Source of the DNA: Perkinsus olseni
Lineage: Eukaryota
Length of the DNA: 64,000 nt
NCBI GenBank assembly: GCA_013115125.1
Contig: JABANN010000130.1
Span: 1 to 64,000, forward strand
Reading direction: 5' to 3'
Below are positions 63,743 through 64,000 of this stretch, piece after piece (the stretch's first letter is position 1; every line of letters starts with the position of its first letter). The position numbers were made by a program, and so were the translations under genes. The notes below the pieces were generated by a model. The model was given only the letters and a program-made list of their open reading frames with translations. It was not told the origin of the DNA and searched no databases.

Positions 63743-64000
63743 TTCAGCCATGCAAATATCTGTTCACTCGGACATGGCAACGTTCTGAGCTACTTGAAGG
63801 TCAATTTATTGGGCAAGTTCAACAAGTGAACGAGTGATCATGTGTGTTCGGTTGGTTTATGTCATCGCGTGGTGTTCTTCATTACATGGGGACTTTACCT
63901 GAACCCACCCGCCCACACCGTTAGTTATGTTGGCTGGGAGGCATGAGCAGAAAGGCGAGGTACGATGTATCTTAATTGTGGTACGTGTCAGAAAACTGAC

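Larger units (their letters stand above)
62964..63793. repeat. Tandem ~355-bp unit carrying tRNA-Arg and tRNA-Cys (~2.3 copies)
   Basis: Cys copies 355 bp apart (63155/63510), Arg copies 355 bp apart (63315/63670), spacers also repeated. Confidence 0.92.

Overview
Gene-dense eukaryotic DNA with very many ~40-55 nt GT-AG introns, so the ORF track mostly shows exon fragments and antisense shadows. The architecture suggests a Perkinsus-like alveolate (inference, no database check). Genes lie in four alternating single-strand blocks. Minus: prenylcysteine oxidase, GT15-type mannosyltransferase, Cwc24/RNF113, a COG1/Vps51-domain protein and two GalE genes. Plus: PP2A B56, then kynurenine 3-monooxygenase and a disabled tandem copy. 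Minus: an armadillo-repeat protein, a group II PLP decarboxylase and PACRG. Plus: CFAP77, two LicD-family genes and a giant LRR gene. Two tRNAs sit inside introns and a tRNA-Arg/tRNA-Cys tandem array closes the window. The most striking signal is that, in several unrelated genes, short introns look like decayed copies of their own flanking exons (5' part like the next exon's start, 3' part like the previous exon's end). This points to intron birth by local duplication or ongoing exon-templated rewriting. A 160-bp TG...CA insertion with a 5-bp target-site duplication (solo-LTR-like) interrupts the second KMO. Exon boundaries were read by eye, and ends of the large hypothetical genes are approximate.
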